Below, one piece after another: positions 13,201-28,364 of a stretch of DNA of 64,000 bases. Within the stretch, counting starts at the first letter, position 1. Each line of letters starts with the position of its first letter. The stretch lies in contig NW_024704743.1 of the NCBI RefSeq assembly GCF_018977255.1, forward strand, positions 28,150,001-28,214,000, in the 5' to 3' direction. The stretch is from Callorhinchus milii (Eukaryota). The notes under the pieces are model-generated. The model saw nothing but the letters and a program-made list of their open reading frames with translations, had not been told where the DNA came from and ran no database searches. The translations under genes and the position numbers were made by a program.

Positions 13201-15009
13201 GTTTACCCATTAAGACATGGGGAGGAAAGCTACAATGCTGGTTTTGCGTGCAAGTGCACCTCATTAGCCAAGTTTCTGTAATTTATTTGTCGTTCCTTTT
13301 GTTGTTTTATACAATGCTTATGTTACAATTTAAGCATTACTAAATGTTGTTTAATGTTTCTGACTAAATCCCCTTGATTGTATTCCAGTAACACATACAT
13401 GACATTAAATGCCAATTTCAGACACTGTTCTGGTATGTTTACTACCTCAAATTTTTGGTAGTTATTAGAGTTTCACACAAGGCTCCTCCAGAGCAGCTAT
13501 GCTTGTATTTGAACTGACCATATTTTTTGAATTACTGTGATTCATTCTGTTAAGCCAGGCCATAAGATATGCACTAATTATTGTTTTACTAATGCTGGCT
13601 CACTGGTGACATTCTGAAGCCAGTAGCTAATTCCCTCCTTTCATGAAAAAAAGATTTATCAGAATGAATGATTGAAAACCAAGATTACGGCTTTTCTTAT
13701 TTAAATATCTCCAGCTAACCGTTACATCAAAGTTAAGGCTTCATATGAAGCTATTGAAATGCTCACTGGAAAATATTAGAAGTTGCCTCAAGCATATTAA
13801 AGTTTCATTACAGGCCCTGCACTGCCAGGAATGTTTTATTCTGTCCTGGAAAGCAATGCAACCTTCCCGACTCTGGCATGTTCAGTGTCTGTGCTCATCT
13901 TAGTGGGATTGTTTTGTTTCGAATCAACAAAATCAATGCAAGGTTGCACAGTATAATTACAATGTGTATTGCTTATTGGAACATCAGTGTTAAAAATTCA
14001 ACTGCACAAACTTTCCTCTGTGGTTGCAGCCACTGGTATTTATTTATTTATGACTGAGCCATGATATAAACTACAGAATATTAGCAACTGAGATTTTTCT
14101 TTTTTAAAAAAATACACACACACTGGAGTGTTTCTCCTTAAAAGGTGAAGCTTATTCACAAATAGTTTGCATATTTCCAATTTTAATAGATTTGACTGAT
14201 AGCTACAACAACAACAACTTGGATTTATGTAGCGCCCTCCATGCCGGACGGCGTCAAAGAGCGCTTCACAGTAATGGATCCAGGGGCCGAGCCAGGGGGA
14301 CGGGGAAGAAGTTGACCAAAGCCGTGGTCGAAAAGAAAGGTCTTCAGCCGAGACTTGAAAATAAGAAGAATGAGGCAAAGGGAGTGAGGAAGGGAGTTCC
14401 AGAACCTTGGGGCATAGTGGCTGAAAGCCCGGCCTCCAATGGTGGAGCGGAGGATTTGGGGGACAAGGAGGAGGCCAGATCCGGTGGAGCAAAGGTAAAC
14501 CCATAGCTGAAGCTGAAGGTAAATCCATTCATTGCCTTTCAGTTCTGGCTTAAGGTACAGTTGGCTAGCATTTTTATTTCAATTTGTCTCAGAAAATTGT
14601 TTTTACAAAATTCACCTGAGAAAAGTACTGAGTGTAATATATAATGCTATATTTTGAAAACAGTGCCTCCTTTTCAGCCTTTTAGAACTTCTTAGATAGA
14701 CCACACAGTCTTGTCTGCCTCACAGGGTGAAAAGATAACCTGTTGGAAGGTGTAGCAGAGGTGATCAAGATGTATTGGCCCCTCCTGCTCCCACTGAATT
14801 TTCTCCCCTCCCTGTCACAGTCTCTGTTTGTCAATTCCTGTAGATGACAAAAGGGAGATTGAAAAACTCCCTGTAAGAGAGAATAACAGGCCTCCAGTCA
14901 ATCTCTCAATGTTAGGAGGTGTTGGAGAATCTGCAGTCTGTGCAACTGTGCCACCCCCTGGCTGCAGTAAGTTAAGACAACAAAGTGCTTGTGCTTGGAC
15001 AATAAAATG

Positions 15010-15305
15010 TGCTTCAGATGAGACGTTAAACCAAGGTCCCCTTTGCCTGTTCAGGTGGGCGTTAAAGATCCCATGGCACAATTCAAAAAGAGAGGAGAGT
15101 TTCTCTCTCCCGGTGTCCTGGCCAACAATTCACCAAGTAGTCACTTGCTTCATGGTTGTTTGTGGGACATTGCTGTGCGCAACTGGCTGCCACATATTGC
15201 CCACAAAATACACAGTGAATCCACTTATGATATATCCTGTGAAGCGCTTTGAGACAGCTTGATGATGTGATAGAGATCTATATTAAATGCAAGGGTAATA
15301 TAATA
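15010..15305 (+). mobile_element. Older SacSINE1-like DeuSINE. Other copies at about 9620-9910, 10870-11150, 17700-18060(-), 21350-21630, 22620-22980, 23615-24000, 33890-34245, 37100-37410, 52810-53130.
   Basis: Hallmark cagatgagacgttaaaccaaggtccc...caggtgg.cgttaaagatcccatggcac...gtttgtgggacattgctgtgcg. Confidence 0.8.
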
Positions 15306-16019
15306 ATAATCCTCGCATTTGATAAAGCACCTATAGAGTCAAAATATCTCAAAGTGCTTCATAGGCCATTCCTGCCAATTGTACAAACTGTATGTTTCTA
15401 GGCCAATACAGCATCCAGCTTACCAAGGTCCCGAAAATAGTCATGAAGCGAATTTATCTGAGCATTGTTAACCAGTTCACCAGGAAAAACTCCCTTCTCT
15501 TTTCAAATAAATAGCACCATGGGATTGTAAACGTTCACCTGAATTGGCAGACGAGCCAACAGTTTAATGTCTCATTTGATGGATAGCTTTTCCAACAACA
15601 TAACGCTGCCCCATTACTACCTGGAGTTTCAGCATGGATCAGATAAGGTGCTTGAACCCATAATCTACTTCAGTTTGGCAAATACATTAAATTTATTTTT
15701 CTATTTAGATATTTACAATCATTGACTTTATGTATGACTTTTCTTTCATTTTATAGTTGGTCCATTTGTGTTAGCTATCAAACCGATGAAGTGTGCATTA
15801 CTGATCACATATAAAATCTCTTCTACGTATATCACCAAGATTATGGGCGAGTTTTCACTTACGTTGTTAAACTGTTTTACGGATTTCCTAAGGTTCTACC
15901 AGTAAATTACACCAGGATGTCGAGATTTAAATGAAGTGTGATACATTTACTCAGGCATGAAGAGTACTGCATTTTCTTAGCAAAAATGTTTGAGACAAAA
16001 GAGGATGCTGACTGTACCT

Positions 16020-17225
16020 GGATTCTTAAGAGGTCAATGTCTTTTCTGGATGGAGCAGAGCTGATGAACACTACAGAATCATCATTGAACAGTCCCAGTC
16101 CTGATCATACAATAGAGGGAAGATTATTGATGAAGCATCTGAAGATGGTTGGGCTGATGACACTGCCCTGAGCCCTGTACCTTGGGGCTGTGAGCCCTAT
16201 ACCCTGGGGCTGTGATGATTGTCCTCTGACAACCACAGTCATCTTCAGTAGATGTAAGATAGGACTCCGGCCAGTGTTATTTTTTCCTCTGACCTCATTG
16301 ACGTCAGATTGGTTAGGGCTCCTTGATGTCATAGAAACACGAGTAGGCTATTCAGCCCCTTGAGCCTGTTCCACCATTCTACAAGAACATGGCTGATCTG
16401 TACCTCAACTCCAATTACCCGCTCTTGCTCCATACCTCTTGAAACCCTGACCTAACAAATATCTATCCATACTAAGTTGAGTGCTGCCTGATATAGGGAG
16501 GTCACTCTCTCCCTTTGGTGTGAGCTTCCGAGTCCATGTCTGGATATGGGCTGTGACAGAGCCTGGTGATTATGATAGAACACAAATCTGAGTGTCTGGC
16601 ACTGTTGATGACTCACCTTAATGACGATTGGGAAGAGACTTTTGGGTAGTAATTGGCTGGATTAGATTTGATCTCTTTTTTTGTGGATAGGACGTAACTG
16701 GGCAATTTCAAACTATTAATAATAATATTCCTTGTATTTGGTATAGCACCTTTCACGTCAGAAGCACGTCTGAAAGCGCTTCACAGGATATGCTGTGAAG
16801 TCGAGTGACTGTATTACGTATAGGCCAATGGCGCAGCCCATTTGCACATGACAATGTCCATAAACAATCAACAATCCAACTTTGTTGGGTAGATGCCAGT
16901 GTTACAGCTGTATTAAAACAGCTTGGTTATGGGAACACCTAGTTCCTGTGCACATGTTTTGAGCACCGATGCTGGGATATGATCAAGACTCAAGGCCTTT
17001 GCAGTATCTAGTGCACTCAGCCACTTGATATCTTGAATTGAACCAAATGAGCAAGACACCGGCATCTGTGATGGATGGGAGTGCAGGGCACCAAGCGCTG
17101 AGTAGAATCATACACTTGGTATTTTGGTCTGAAGATGCTTGGTAATACTTGAGCCACGTTCTTTCACTCACATTCAATTCCTTGAATGGAACATGTTGTT
17201 TCACGGTTGTCCCTCTAAGGTCTTA
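16020..17225 (-). mobile_element. Old CR1/L2-group LINE RT fragment with nested CR1 tail (about 16330-16470) and SINE remnant (about 16715-16875)
   Basis: QGSVISPTIFRCFINNLPSIV is an RT-domain motif. Confidence 0.7.
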
Positions 17226-19069
17226 CTTCTGGAGCATGACAAGGTATGGAGTTTAATGGATTCATGTCTCACTCATGATTTTCAGTAATCGGTTTGATCG
17301 ATGTGCTCACTTCCAGTTCAGAAAGGAATAGACATGTTCCCTATCATCTTTCTGATATTATGCGTCTATCTCAAGAAACGTACCTGCTGAGCCTGCTTGG
17401 TTATTTTCCAGTTGTTTTGGATAGATCCTATTTTCAGCAAACTTAATTTTTTGTATGATTATTCCAGTTCAGTTTTGAAGGTTATTTATTCCATGTGTGA
17501 GCTGTTGATACAGAAATCTTATCACTGGAACTAATGCAGATCAACATAAATGAACCATAAATATCATTATATACACTTGCCCTGACTTACTGGACGAACT
17601 AAGAGCATGGCATGTGCATTAAACATATATGAACTTTAAAACTACTGCACAGAATAGTTTATTAAACTGAAGATCATAGGTCAAGACTTTGCTCAATGAG
17701 CACTTGGACTTTTAAAGCATTTTATACATTGAAGTATCTCAAAATGCCTCACAGGTAATAGGTGTTAAGTGCAGTGAGTGCTTTTTTTTGTAATTTGCGC
17801 ACCACAAAGTTCTACAAACAGCTATGATATATGATATATCTGGAACATTTTTGGCTAGGACACTGGAAGAAACTCCTTGCTCTTTTTCAATAGGGACCTT
17901 AATGCCCACCTGAACAGATAGAACAGGACCTCTGTTGAATATTTCAATCGAAGGATGGAGCTCTGACAATGCAGCGTCCCCCTGGATTGTGAGTTCAAAG
18001 TCCCAATATGAGCTTGAAACCACAGCCATCCAATTCAGAGATGAGAGCGCTACCAACTGTACCTGAGGAACATTTCCTCCCCCCAACCCCCCACTCCGTC
18101 ACCAATAGCATTCCAGTATTGATGTTTTAAAGCCAGGTCGGGCATTGATTTTACGGCTTGCACATCACAGCCTTTGACAGGTTTGTGGCTTTACTGAAAC
18201 TCAGAGTGATCTCACACTAGCCAGGAAACAAAAATCATGAACTTGATCTGGAGGAGGATGATCTAATGCATGGCCTCACTTAATAGACATCAATTTGAGA
18301 TTGGTGTCGGGGTTCTTAAGGATTGGTGCTATGGGAGCTTGTTGGTGGGGGGTGGGGGAAGAAATCTGGAAAAATGCACTTTTATTATCCATTACAAATT
18401 CTGCCATAAATTCAACATCAGAATTTATTTCAGAAAAAGGGACGGAGATTGGAACATTCTGTAGCAATTGGGAATTGAAACAAATAAACAAGGGAAAAAT
18501 GGGATTGAATGTTCGGAAAATGTGATACTACAAGTTGAGACTATGATTGTAAATGTGGCCTGTGAGGCTATCACTGGCAAAAAAAACAATTGAAAGAGAA
18601 AGCAATGGAAAAAGTCATGCCTGGGCATCTGTACTCTTTGTATATAACTGCTTCCCCCTGAGATCAAATGTGATTTGTTCTTCAAGTCATTAGAACACAT
18701 CATCTGGATTACTTCATATGTTTGCAGTTATGAAAATTAATAGCAGAAGTGCAACTTTTTAAAATGTCAGGTACCGGAGGCCTCAGAGTAAAACTAGCCT
18801 TTGATGAATGTGATTGGAAGCTCTTAATAATAAATACCTGGCTTTACTTGTATCACGCAAGAACCACATAAAAGGATTTTCTATACATCTGAAATTTTGT
18901 ATAATGCATGGAGCTATCAGAGAAATGAAAAGATCAGTAGGATAATACTTCAACGAGCAATATTTATAAACAAATAGACACCCTATTATTTTTAGATCTT
19001 ATCAAAGATATTTTAGTCGTGTTTCTGATAACCTTTGTTATCACTCACCTACATTTTTCAGACATGTAC

Positions 19070-19655
19070 CTCGCTGGTCTCCCTAGCTCCACAACCAATA
19101 TAAGCTCCAACTTATCCAAAACTCCACAGGCCCGCATATAAATCCACACCAAACGTTGTACACCCATCACCCCATCTATCCTTCCCACCTATCTGTCTTT
19201 AAATCCTGCCTTAAAGTACACCAGTCCTTGCCAGGCTCCACTGTCTCCCAATAACCGAACAGGTTGATTTCAAGATCCTCTCACTCGTTTTCAAATCCCT
19301 TCATGCCCTCGCACCTCCCTACCTATCCGATCTGCCTACCTCCCACTCCACCACCGGCTGCCTCTGATCAGCCAGCTCTGGCCTCTTGTTTGTCCCTCGT
19401 CCCCTCCACTCCACCATCCGTGGCCATGCCTTCAGCCACTATGCCCCAAAACTCTGGAACTCTCTCCCTCAATCCCTTCACCTTGCCCCCTCCCTGGCCA
19501 CTTTCAAATCCCACCTAAAGACCTTCCTCTTTGATTGTGGTTATGGTCACCTCCCCACTCCATCTCCCGCTGGCTCGGCACCAGACTCCACCACTGTCAA
19601 GCTTGCTGGGATGCTACCCCTCATGAAGGCTGTTATATAAATACAAGTTGTTGTT
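19070..19655 (+). mobile_element. L2-clade LINE 3' fragment
   Basis: HSTIRGHAFSHYAPKLWNSLP...FKSHLKTFLF and a tail ending (TTG)n. Confidence 0.8.
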
Positions 19656-21779
19656 ACCCCTTTGTCTATGCCTATGGTCACTTCTTCCCCAACACCATCT
19701 TTTTCTCAGCTCCCTGTTATTGTAAAGCACTCCAACACGTTATCTTCTCTGAAGAGCGCTATATAAGTGCAAGATGTTGTTGATCATAGTGAATGAAAGA
19801 TTAATATAAGGATTCACAAGGCTAGGTGTATGACCTGTGAATACTAACACAAAACAAAGTGTGGTACGTGTACTTTGTAATGCATACAATATCAGTTCAC
19901 CTGATTACATGGTGAGCTCGTGGGCAGGGAATATCTATAATATAATAATCTTTGCGTTTGATATAGTGCCTTATCACGTCTTTGAGACATCTCAAGTACT
20001 TCACAGAGTATACTGAAAAATGAATTGACTGGAGATTTTGTGGGCGAAATGCATCAGCCAATTGCACACAGCACTGTCCCACAAACAGCCGTGGATTGTT
20101 GCCTGATCTTGTGGAGAGCGAAATGGGTGTAAAAAGGTTGAGAGCTCGCTCACCAATAGCTATTGTTGTCTTGCTGAGTTAGACTTCCAATTAATACCAA
20201 ACAATGGACAAATTTATATAGGGGACTGCCAGATACTAGGACCCAGTTTGAGACTGGCCCAATTTCCATGTTTGACTATATCAATGTAAGTGGACTTATT
20301 TTAAGTGCATATAGAAGATATATTTGCAAAAAATTCACATCTACAATGCAATTAACACAATTACAAATTTAGCAGCTAGACTTTAATACTAGATTTCAAA
20401 TACTGTATAGCAGAACAGTGTGCTCTGTTGAATTAAATCAAAATGTATGTCAAGAAAAATACACATCAGTCAAAATTAATCAACATGATAGACTCTTTAA
20501 ATGAGGGGAAATCATTCCAGTTTATTACAGGTGTGTTTTGCAAAAGAGTTGCTTTGCTCTAAGGGTGTCAGGTTCTTAGGCATACCTCAGGTTCACATTT
20601 TGGATAAAGAAGTCCTTTCGAACCATCTATTCTCATCTCTCCATAACACCCACCCAATGTCCCGAATCACTGCATCAAGCTGCTTTTTAAATGTGTCTAA
20701 TCTCCTGGCCTCTACTACCTTGCCTGGTAAACTGTTCCAGTTGTTGATTACCCTCTATGTAAAGAAATAACTTCCGGGTATCTATCTTGAAGTTGCCCTT
20801 TACAATTTAAACCTATGTCCTCTTGTCCTAAACTAACATTCTGAGTTTACTTTTTCAACCCCTTTCAATATTTTCCCACCTCATTGAGGTCCCTTCTGAG
20901 ACACCTTCTCTGAAGACTGATGAGCGCTAGCTTGTCTAGTCGTGGCTCATAGCCATTTTTGGTGCAAATTATCTGCTGTGTTCGCCTACAAATACACGGT
21001 CGCTACATTTTACAGTAAATTGTGTGAAGCGCTTTGAGATATTTTATCAATATGATAAAACGCTACATCAAATGCGAGGATTGTTACTGTAAAAGAGAAG
21101 TAGGCAGAGAAGCTCTTTAAGGGGTGTATGCTGCCACCTAGTGGTACTTAGTATTGAGCATTAAGTCATCACAATTCTTGTTTTGTGACAATGAACACCA
21201 ACAATAGTTGCAAACAGTGATAAATATGTTTAAAACTATGTTTAAAACATGATTATTTTCTATGATAGGTTTATGCTTCTAACAAAGACTGAACTGATCA
21301 ACGTTTGTTTATTTGTTGTGGTAATCTCCAGATAAAATTGGTCCTTCGTTTTCAACAGTGCCATCCTTCAGATGAGACAACTCAGGTCCTGTGTGGATAT
21401 TAAAGGTCCTATGGCACTACTCAAAAAGTGAAGGGAGTTTCTCCCAGTGTTCTGGCCAGCAATCCTCCAGATAAAATTATTTGTGCGATTCATGTTTATG
21501 TGAAACTGCTGTGTGAACATTGGCTGCCATGTTGGCCTATACAAAATGCTGAGTTACTATGTTTCACAGTAAGATCCTATGAAGTGATCTAAGATGTCCC
21601 TTCAATGTGAAAGGTGCTATAACAAATTCAAGAATCATTTAACAAGAGATGGAATGTGGGGATAAAAATTGATAATAGGGTAGGTTTAGAATGACTGGGA
21701 GGAATGTGTTCGAAAAGCCAAATGCTCTTTCCTGATTCCATCCTTTCAAGTATCCTCATGATATTGGATATAGCTTAGA

Positions 21780-22325
21780 ATATGTTAGAATACACAGCAC
21801 AGAAACAAGCCATTCGGCCCAACTGGTCTATGCCGGTATTTATGCTCCACATGAACCTCCTCCTGGCCTTCGTAAACTAAGCCTTCAAGCATAACCTTCT
21901 ATTCCTTTCTCCCTCATGTACCTATCTAGCTTTCCCTTAATTACATCTATGCTATTTACCTCAACTACTCCTTGTGGTAGCATGTTCCACATTCCCACTA
22001 TTTTCTGTGTGAAGAAATTTCTTCTAACTTCCCTATTTGATCTATTTGTGACTATTTTATATGGATGGCCCCTGGTTTTGGTCTCCCCCATAAGTGGAAA
22101 CATCTTCCCTATGTCTACATTATCAAACCCTTTCATTATTTTAGAGACCTCAATCAGGTCACCCCTTACCCTCCTCTTTTCAAGAGAAAAGAGTCCAAGT
22201 ACATTCAGCTTGGTGTCAACTAAATGTGGTCTAACCAAGGTTCTATAGAAGTTTACTATAACTTTGCTGCTTTTCATTCCTATCCCTATAGAAATGAACC
22301 CCAATGCCTGGTTTGCTTTTTTATG
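21780..22325 (-). mobile_element. CR1-clade LINE 3' fragment
   Basis: YRTLVRPHL and LGLFSLEKRRVRGDLIEV..IMKG..TRGHPYK..RRNFFTQKIVGMWNMLP are CR1 ORF2 C-terminal motifs, with an internal deletion. Confidence 0.9.
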
Positions 22326-24974
22326 GATATATTAGATCAACTGCAAATTGATGCTAATATGAAGTACCTGAAGATTGCAGACTGCAGGAAAAGATGGGTA
22401 AGAGGGTGTTTTAAATCATTGGTGATTTTTGGAATAAAAAATAAAATTAACTTACATATGAAACAGTTCGTATTTAATGTTCTGTATGGACTATACAGAA
22501 AAGTACTATCAATGATTAACAGTCTCTCATTAAGTGATTTGCAAAAGCTTTCAAATTTTGAATTATTTTGTTCACTGCTTCACATTCTTGTAAACTTGTA
22601 CTTCATGCTAATAGGTGTCTGCAAGGTTCAGTTGGTTGCCCTATCACCACTGGATCAGAAAGCTGTGGATGCAAGCCTCATCTTGGGACATTCAGCACAT
22701 AGTCGAAGGTGAGACTCCAGTGGAGAACTGGAGGAGAGAGGCATTGTAAGAATTGTTATTCCTCAGATAAGATGTGAGTGTGGGATCCCAGTTGTCTATT
22801 CAAGTGGACAATGAAGATCCCATTGCACTACTTGAAAAGTGAAGAAGTTTCTCCCAGTGTCTTAGCCAAAAACATCCAGACAAATTGAGTATTCACCACA
22901 TGGCTATTTGAAGGGATACTGTTGTGAGACAATTGTCTGTTCTGTTTGCGCATATTAATGTGATAGGCGTTATATCATTATGCAACGAATATTAAACTTT
23001 TTGAAAGTATTCAATTCAAAACATATTCACAACACAAACCTATGGTACGATAGATGCTAGAAAATACAGCAGTCATTTAGAAATAATTGATGCCTTGCAG
23101 ATAAAATCAAGGCCAGATTGTCCAATGTATTTCTATTTGACTGCCACAAAATTTTTGGGGTCCTATGAAGATGTTTATATTGTGCACATTGGTAACTGTT
23201 CAACACATAGACATTTTTGGGGGGTCAGTCGTGTGTCATTCACACATGGAAACCAATCACCATGCTTAAGAGCCTCCAAATCAAACTGACAGTTCCATGC
23301 ATCCCATCTGCACATGGAAATTCCAGAGATATTTATTGGAATGGAATGCCTACTCTCTTTTTCTTTTTGAGCATAGAAAAAAAGGATGTCGAGAGTCACA
23401 AGTTGAAGAACATGCATTTTTGTAGAACCTTTTATGTCAAAACTTCTCAAAGTAATTACTGTTACAAGTAATGATTGGGTTATCTCTAGGCAAATGCAGC
23501 AGCAAAGTCCTCCACCCATGTGGAGGCAGGCAAGATGTCACAAAGAGAGCTCGCCACTGTATGAATCTGGGTTTAGGATTAAAATTTTGATACACCAGGA
23601 AGCATAAGTATGTCTCAGATGGTAGTACTCTCATCTCTGAGTCTGAAGCTTGATGGTTCAATCCCCATGTTGGGAATGTGAACTGATAGTCCAGGCCGAC
23701 ACAACAGTGCAGTGCTGGGGGAATCCTTCCATGTCAGAGGTCCAGTCCTTCAGATGACATTTTAAACCAAAGTCTTGTCTGTCTAATTAGCTGTATGTTA
23801 AAGATCCCATGAGTCTAATTCGAAACAGAAAGGTGTTTCTCCTGGTGACCTGGTCAACACTTCCCAGATAAATTGTCATTCACTCATGGCTGTTTGTAAA
23901 ACCTTATTGCGTGCAAATTGACTGCTGCAGATAAAGTTATTAGACAAAAATACTCGATCAGGTGATAAGGTGTTGTATCAAACATGGGGATTATTATTTT
24001 TATCTGGAATAATGGTCAATAAATAATGTGTTTATTTACATGAGGCTAGATATGAGTAAATGAAAATAGAATGTTCACTGAAAGAATGAGCGCATTCTCC
24101 CACAACCATTCCAGAAAGAATGTGTCTCCAGGGAAACAAAGTTTATAAACTTTTTCAGGAGCATATAAAATATCTACATAAAAGTTTAAACTGTGTCTCT
24201 TTCAATTTTGTTGGAGCCTGAATAAGACAGACACTTTGCAGAATCCCAATCCTGCACATGGAACTCCTTGCCAATGTCCCGACCTCCCAAGCATGCTACA
24301 GCTGTTCTGTATTTTCCTGCTGCATACCAATGAAAACCTGATATGCGTTCAACATTATTTTCTCTCGTTTTATAGGTCGGGTGACAGGGTCAATAAAAAT
24401 TCTGATTGAATAAAATGTTTTATTTGGTCAAATTTAAAGCATTGAAAATTCCTCCGATCATTTTTTTTTCTTTGAGTTGGCCAAATGTTTTCAATGCATT
24501 CCTTTATTGCGCAGCCTGTGCCACAGAAAATAGGCATTATGTGTGTCAGTCAGGTTGGTACAAAACCTTTAGTTTAAATAATAGTTTAAAATAGTCAGTA
24601 GCCAATAATAATCAAATAGTCCATGCCAGTGTTCATACTTCATATAGATCTCCACCCATCCTATTCCTCTCTCATGTCTTTCTATTCCTACTCCTTCACA
24701 TATCCATTGTTTCCTCAACCACTTCCAGCAGTGAGCTATTTAGTAGCCATCTGAATAGGCAAACAGATTCTCAATTTAATGTTTTATCTGAAAAGCAACA
24801 CCTTCGACAATGCAACCAACATTCCTCTAACACAACACTGGAGTTTGATCCCAGAGCGTGAGCTCAAAATCTCCGACATAGGACCCAGGGGGGCGAGAGT
24901 ACTATCAACAAAGCAAGGCTGGCACATTGCAAAGATTTACATAGATGATACAGTCTGCACAGAAACAAGCCATT

Positions 24975-25083
24975 GTGCCCAACTAGTCCATGTCATATTT
25001 ATACTGCACGTGCCCAACTAGTCCATGTCATATTTATACTGCACGTGCCCAACTAGTCCATGTCATATTTATACTGCACGTGC
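24975..25083 (+). repeat. Perfect 35-bp tandem triplication
   Basis: (GTGCCCAACTAGTCCATGTCATATTTATACTGCAC)x3 inside a decayed CR1 tail. Confidence 0.95.
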
Positions 25084-28000
25084 GTCTCCACCCTCTCCTT
25101 TATGCATTCTGTTCCATATCCTATTCCCTTCTCCCTCATGTGTATATCTAGCTTCCTCTTGAATGAATCTATATGATTTGTTTCAACCACCATTCCGGGC
25201 AGTGAGTTCCACATTCTCACTACCCTCTGCCAGAAGTAATTCCTCCCAAATTCTCTTTTAGATTCCTAGTCACTATCTTATATTTGTGTCCCTGGCCAAA
25301 AAAAATAGGATATTTTTCTTCCCCCTTTTCAAATAGTGTCGTGGGATTATTACCATCCACTTGGACACGGACACATGACATTGGTCTGACATCTCATCTC
25401 TAGGATGCCACCTTCAACAATGCAATACAACCCAGCACTGCAGTGGAGTGTTCAGCCCAGACTATGTGAGTTCAAACTCTCAATGTGTACTTGAAAATAA
25501 AACCCTCTGATTCAGAGGTAAGAGCACTACTGAATGAACCAGGCAAGCACCTATTTGAAAAAGAAATATGTACAGTGTAGTGTAAGTAGTGTGTAGAACA
25601 TGTCCCTCACATTTTCTTATGTACATTATACACAAAATCCATATTTCAGGTGTTTGTCTGCATTACTCATTTACTGCTTTGGAGAGATTAACAAATATGG
25701 TAATTGTTAATGATTTGGGACTGCTACCTGGAATGCATGGCAAAATTTGATCCCGTCTTGTGTGGACTCTGAGAATCCAAACGTGTGCAATTTATTATTC
25801 CTAGAATTGTGATATCATAGAACTATAAGAATTTTCAGCACTTAAGGTCATTCGGTCTATTAAGTCAGTTTATATTGTTTTTTTTAATATAATTGTCTAA
25901 TTCCCTTTCAAAATTTATTATGATTTTGCTTAAACCATTGACTATGGTAGGGAAATCCATGTGTTAATACCCCCACTGGATGTAAAAAAAAAACCTCTCC
26001 CTTTGTCTCTCTTTGATGATAATTTTAAATTATTTATTTACCGAGTCACCGATTATAAAACAAAAAAGCCTATTTTTCCAAGAAAGTAGAAATAATGTGG
26101 AATTTATGTAGGAAAGGACTGTTCCAGCCTCCAGCAGGCCTCTCAAAGCCAATCTCTGGTTATTACTGGACTTGATCCCTGTCCAGATCTCCAGTAGTGA
26201 AGGAGATTAACGTCTTTCTCTTTACACCACCTACCTGGAGTGCCTGGTCTCTTTTTTGTATAAATCTTTAAAAGGAATTTCTAAAATAAAATCGGTTGCA
26301 CCAACTAGAGAATTTACCCCCCCACCCCCCCCATTACCTAGGGTCATATTCCTTCTGCAAAGCATCATTCCAAAATCCTAACCATGCATGTCCATTTAGA
26401 TTGAACAGCCAGTTCAAAAATTTGAAGGTTTATGTTTTTAGATAGCATCTAAACAGTTTATTCATTATATGTATTATTTTAATTTTCCTGTTCTACGTTT
26501 AGTTCTTTTGTCTGTTTATCCTCTGTTCTAAACTTTGTTTTAACAATCCAAGCACCTAATGCAGTTTACAACATGCTACTGTTAATCATTTTATAGAGCA
26601 AAGTCCCATATTCTGGTTTTGAAGACATTTGCGTAATTTAAGTCTTAAATTACTAAATGTCCCAAACCAGAGTTGATTTTGCACTCTTTACTCACTTCAG
26701 ACTCCATCAATATTAACTATATCATTTTTGGACTTGTAGGAGTTTCAGGAATTCCATTGTCACTTGCTATCAGTTTAACATTTCAGCTCTGGCACTTTGT
26801 GGCTGAACATTCTCTTTATAGTAATAAGCTGAGTCAAATTGTAGAAGTAGCTTTATTTACTGTGATGTTGAGATTTAGATTGCTATCAAATCCTGAGAGA
26901 ATGCTGACTCCCTTGGCTGGCAATTATGTCGTAAAATGTTATTTTTCTATCATGATACTAAAATAATCACTAATATTATACAGTAACAAACATATACAAA
27001 TGCCACAAAAATTCATTATAACACTAATAATCCATTTATTTAAGATAGCATCTTATTACATCGTCAAAATCTCTCGAAGCTTTTCACAGGATTTTACTGC
27101 AGAGCGTAGTGACCGTGATTCAAAAAAAATAATAAGTTGGTCACTCAATCCACGACTGTTTGTGGGACACTTCTGTGCAAAATTGACTGCCACGTTTCAC
27201 CCACAAAATATACAATCAATTCACTTTACAGTATATTCTGTGAAGTGCTTTGAGACCTCTTGAAGATATGATAAGGTGCTACATCAAATGCAACGATTAT
27301 TATTATTATATTTATCCCTAAACTGCAAAATGGACACTTCACCCTTAGACTGGTAGCAAAATAGTTATGGATGTTTCTATCTCCATAGGCTGACTGATGA
27401 CTGCTACTTCCTGAACTTCTCCAAGCCTATTCCTTTGATTACCCCTCCTCTTAGCAAATTCTGGTTTGTGTTCATCCTCTGTGATCTCAGCGCCACCATC
27501 AATGGTCTAGTCTTTATTTCTTACACCCCTAACCTCTGGAACTTTGCCCATGTCCGACTGTATCTTACTCTCTTTCCTTTATTGTTAGGTATTCCGAGAC
27601 TCTACCTTCCGAAAAGGGTGCCACATAAATACAGGTTGGTGTTATTGTTGTTGTAAGTCATGCCTCAAATCCCAGCTTTCATACGCTTCTCTGGCCACCT
27701 CTCCCTCCTCTGCTCAGGGTCGAACTGCATCCCTGTAAAGTGCTCTGAGATAAATGCAAGTGGTTGTATTGTGACTCTGCATTATTTGAGATGGAACGTT
27801 GAAGCTATTCATTCGAAGTTACATCCATCCTAAATCCATTCAACTTTTGCTCAGACTCTGCCGGAGAGAATGTGTGTTTCATTCAGAGATAGGTAAATGT
27901 GTAGGTGAAATACATATGTGGACTTCTCAATCTGGTTTGGATACTCTTAAACATATGATAGGTTTCCGCACGCGTCAGACAATGGGCTGTCCGAAAAATA

Positions 28001-28297
28001 ACTGTGAACGTTTAACTTTTGGTGTTGGTGCAGAGGGTGGGAAATTGCAGTTTGTGATTTAATAGTTATCAATGGCATCAGCTATCACTGATTAAAGTTA
28101 TCACAAGTGCAATACCTTGTAGGCATCTGCCTACGAATACATAGTTACCGCATGTTTTAACTCTTCTAGCAGTTTCAGGAATTCCATTCTCTCACAGTAA
28201 TACCTGTGAATTGCTTTAGGACACTTTGACATAAGGCACTATATCGAATGCAAGATTAGTATCATAATACTGTACCATGTAGTCATGTCTACACTGG

Positions 28298-28364
28298 TCA
28301 CCAGTCAATAATAAGTGTGCTAATGTTACTAGTCAGTAACAAGAGAGTGCTGAAATCGCCAGTC
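28298..28364 (+). repeat. About 2 degenerate orphan units of the same 30-bp minisatellite
   Basis: tcaccagtcaataataagtgtgctaatgttac / tagtcagtaacaagagagtgctgaaatcgc / cagtc align to the array consensus. Confidence 0.85.

Noticed and set aside
14700..14975. Weak TGM-like peptides (VIFSPCEAD; also FSEINSDV at about 18410-18440) on the minus strand
   Set aside because: Out of order with the 1-10 kb collinear series and too short; likely chance matches.
21885..22304. 139-aa ORF as a host gene
   Set aside because: CR1 ORF2 C-terminal fragment with an internal deletion.
10300..28300. A head-to-head partner gene such as TTI1 (the human RPRD1B arrangement)
   Set aside because: No long exon or recognisable coding sequence seen upstream; the region is mostly repeat debris.
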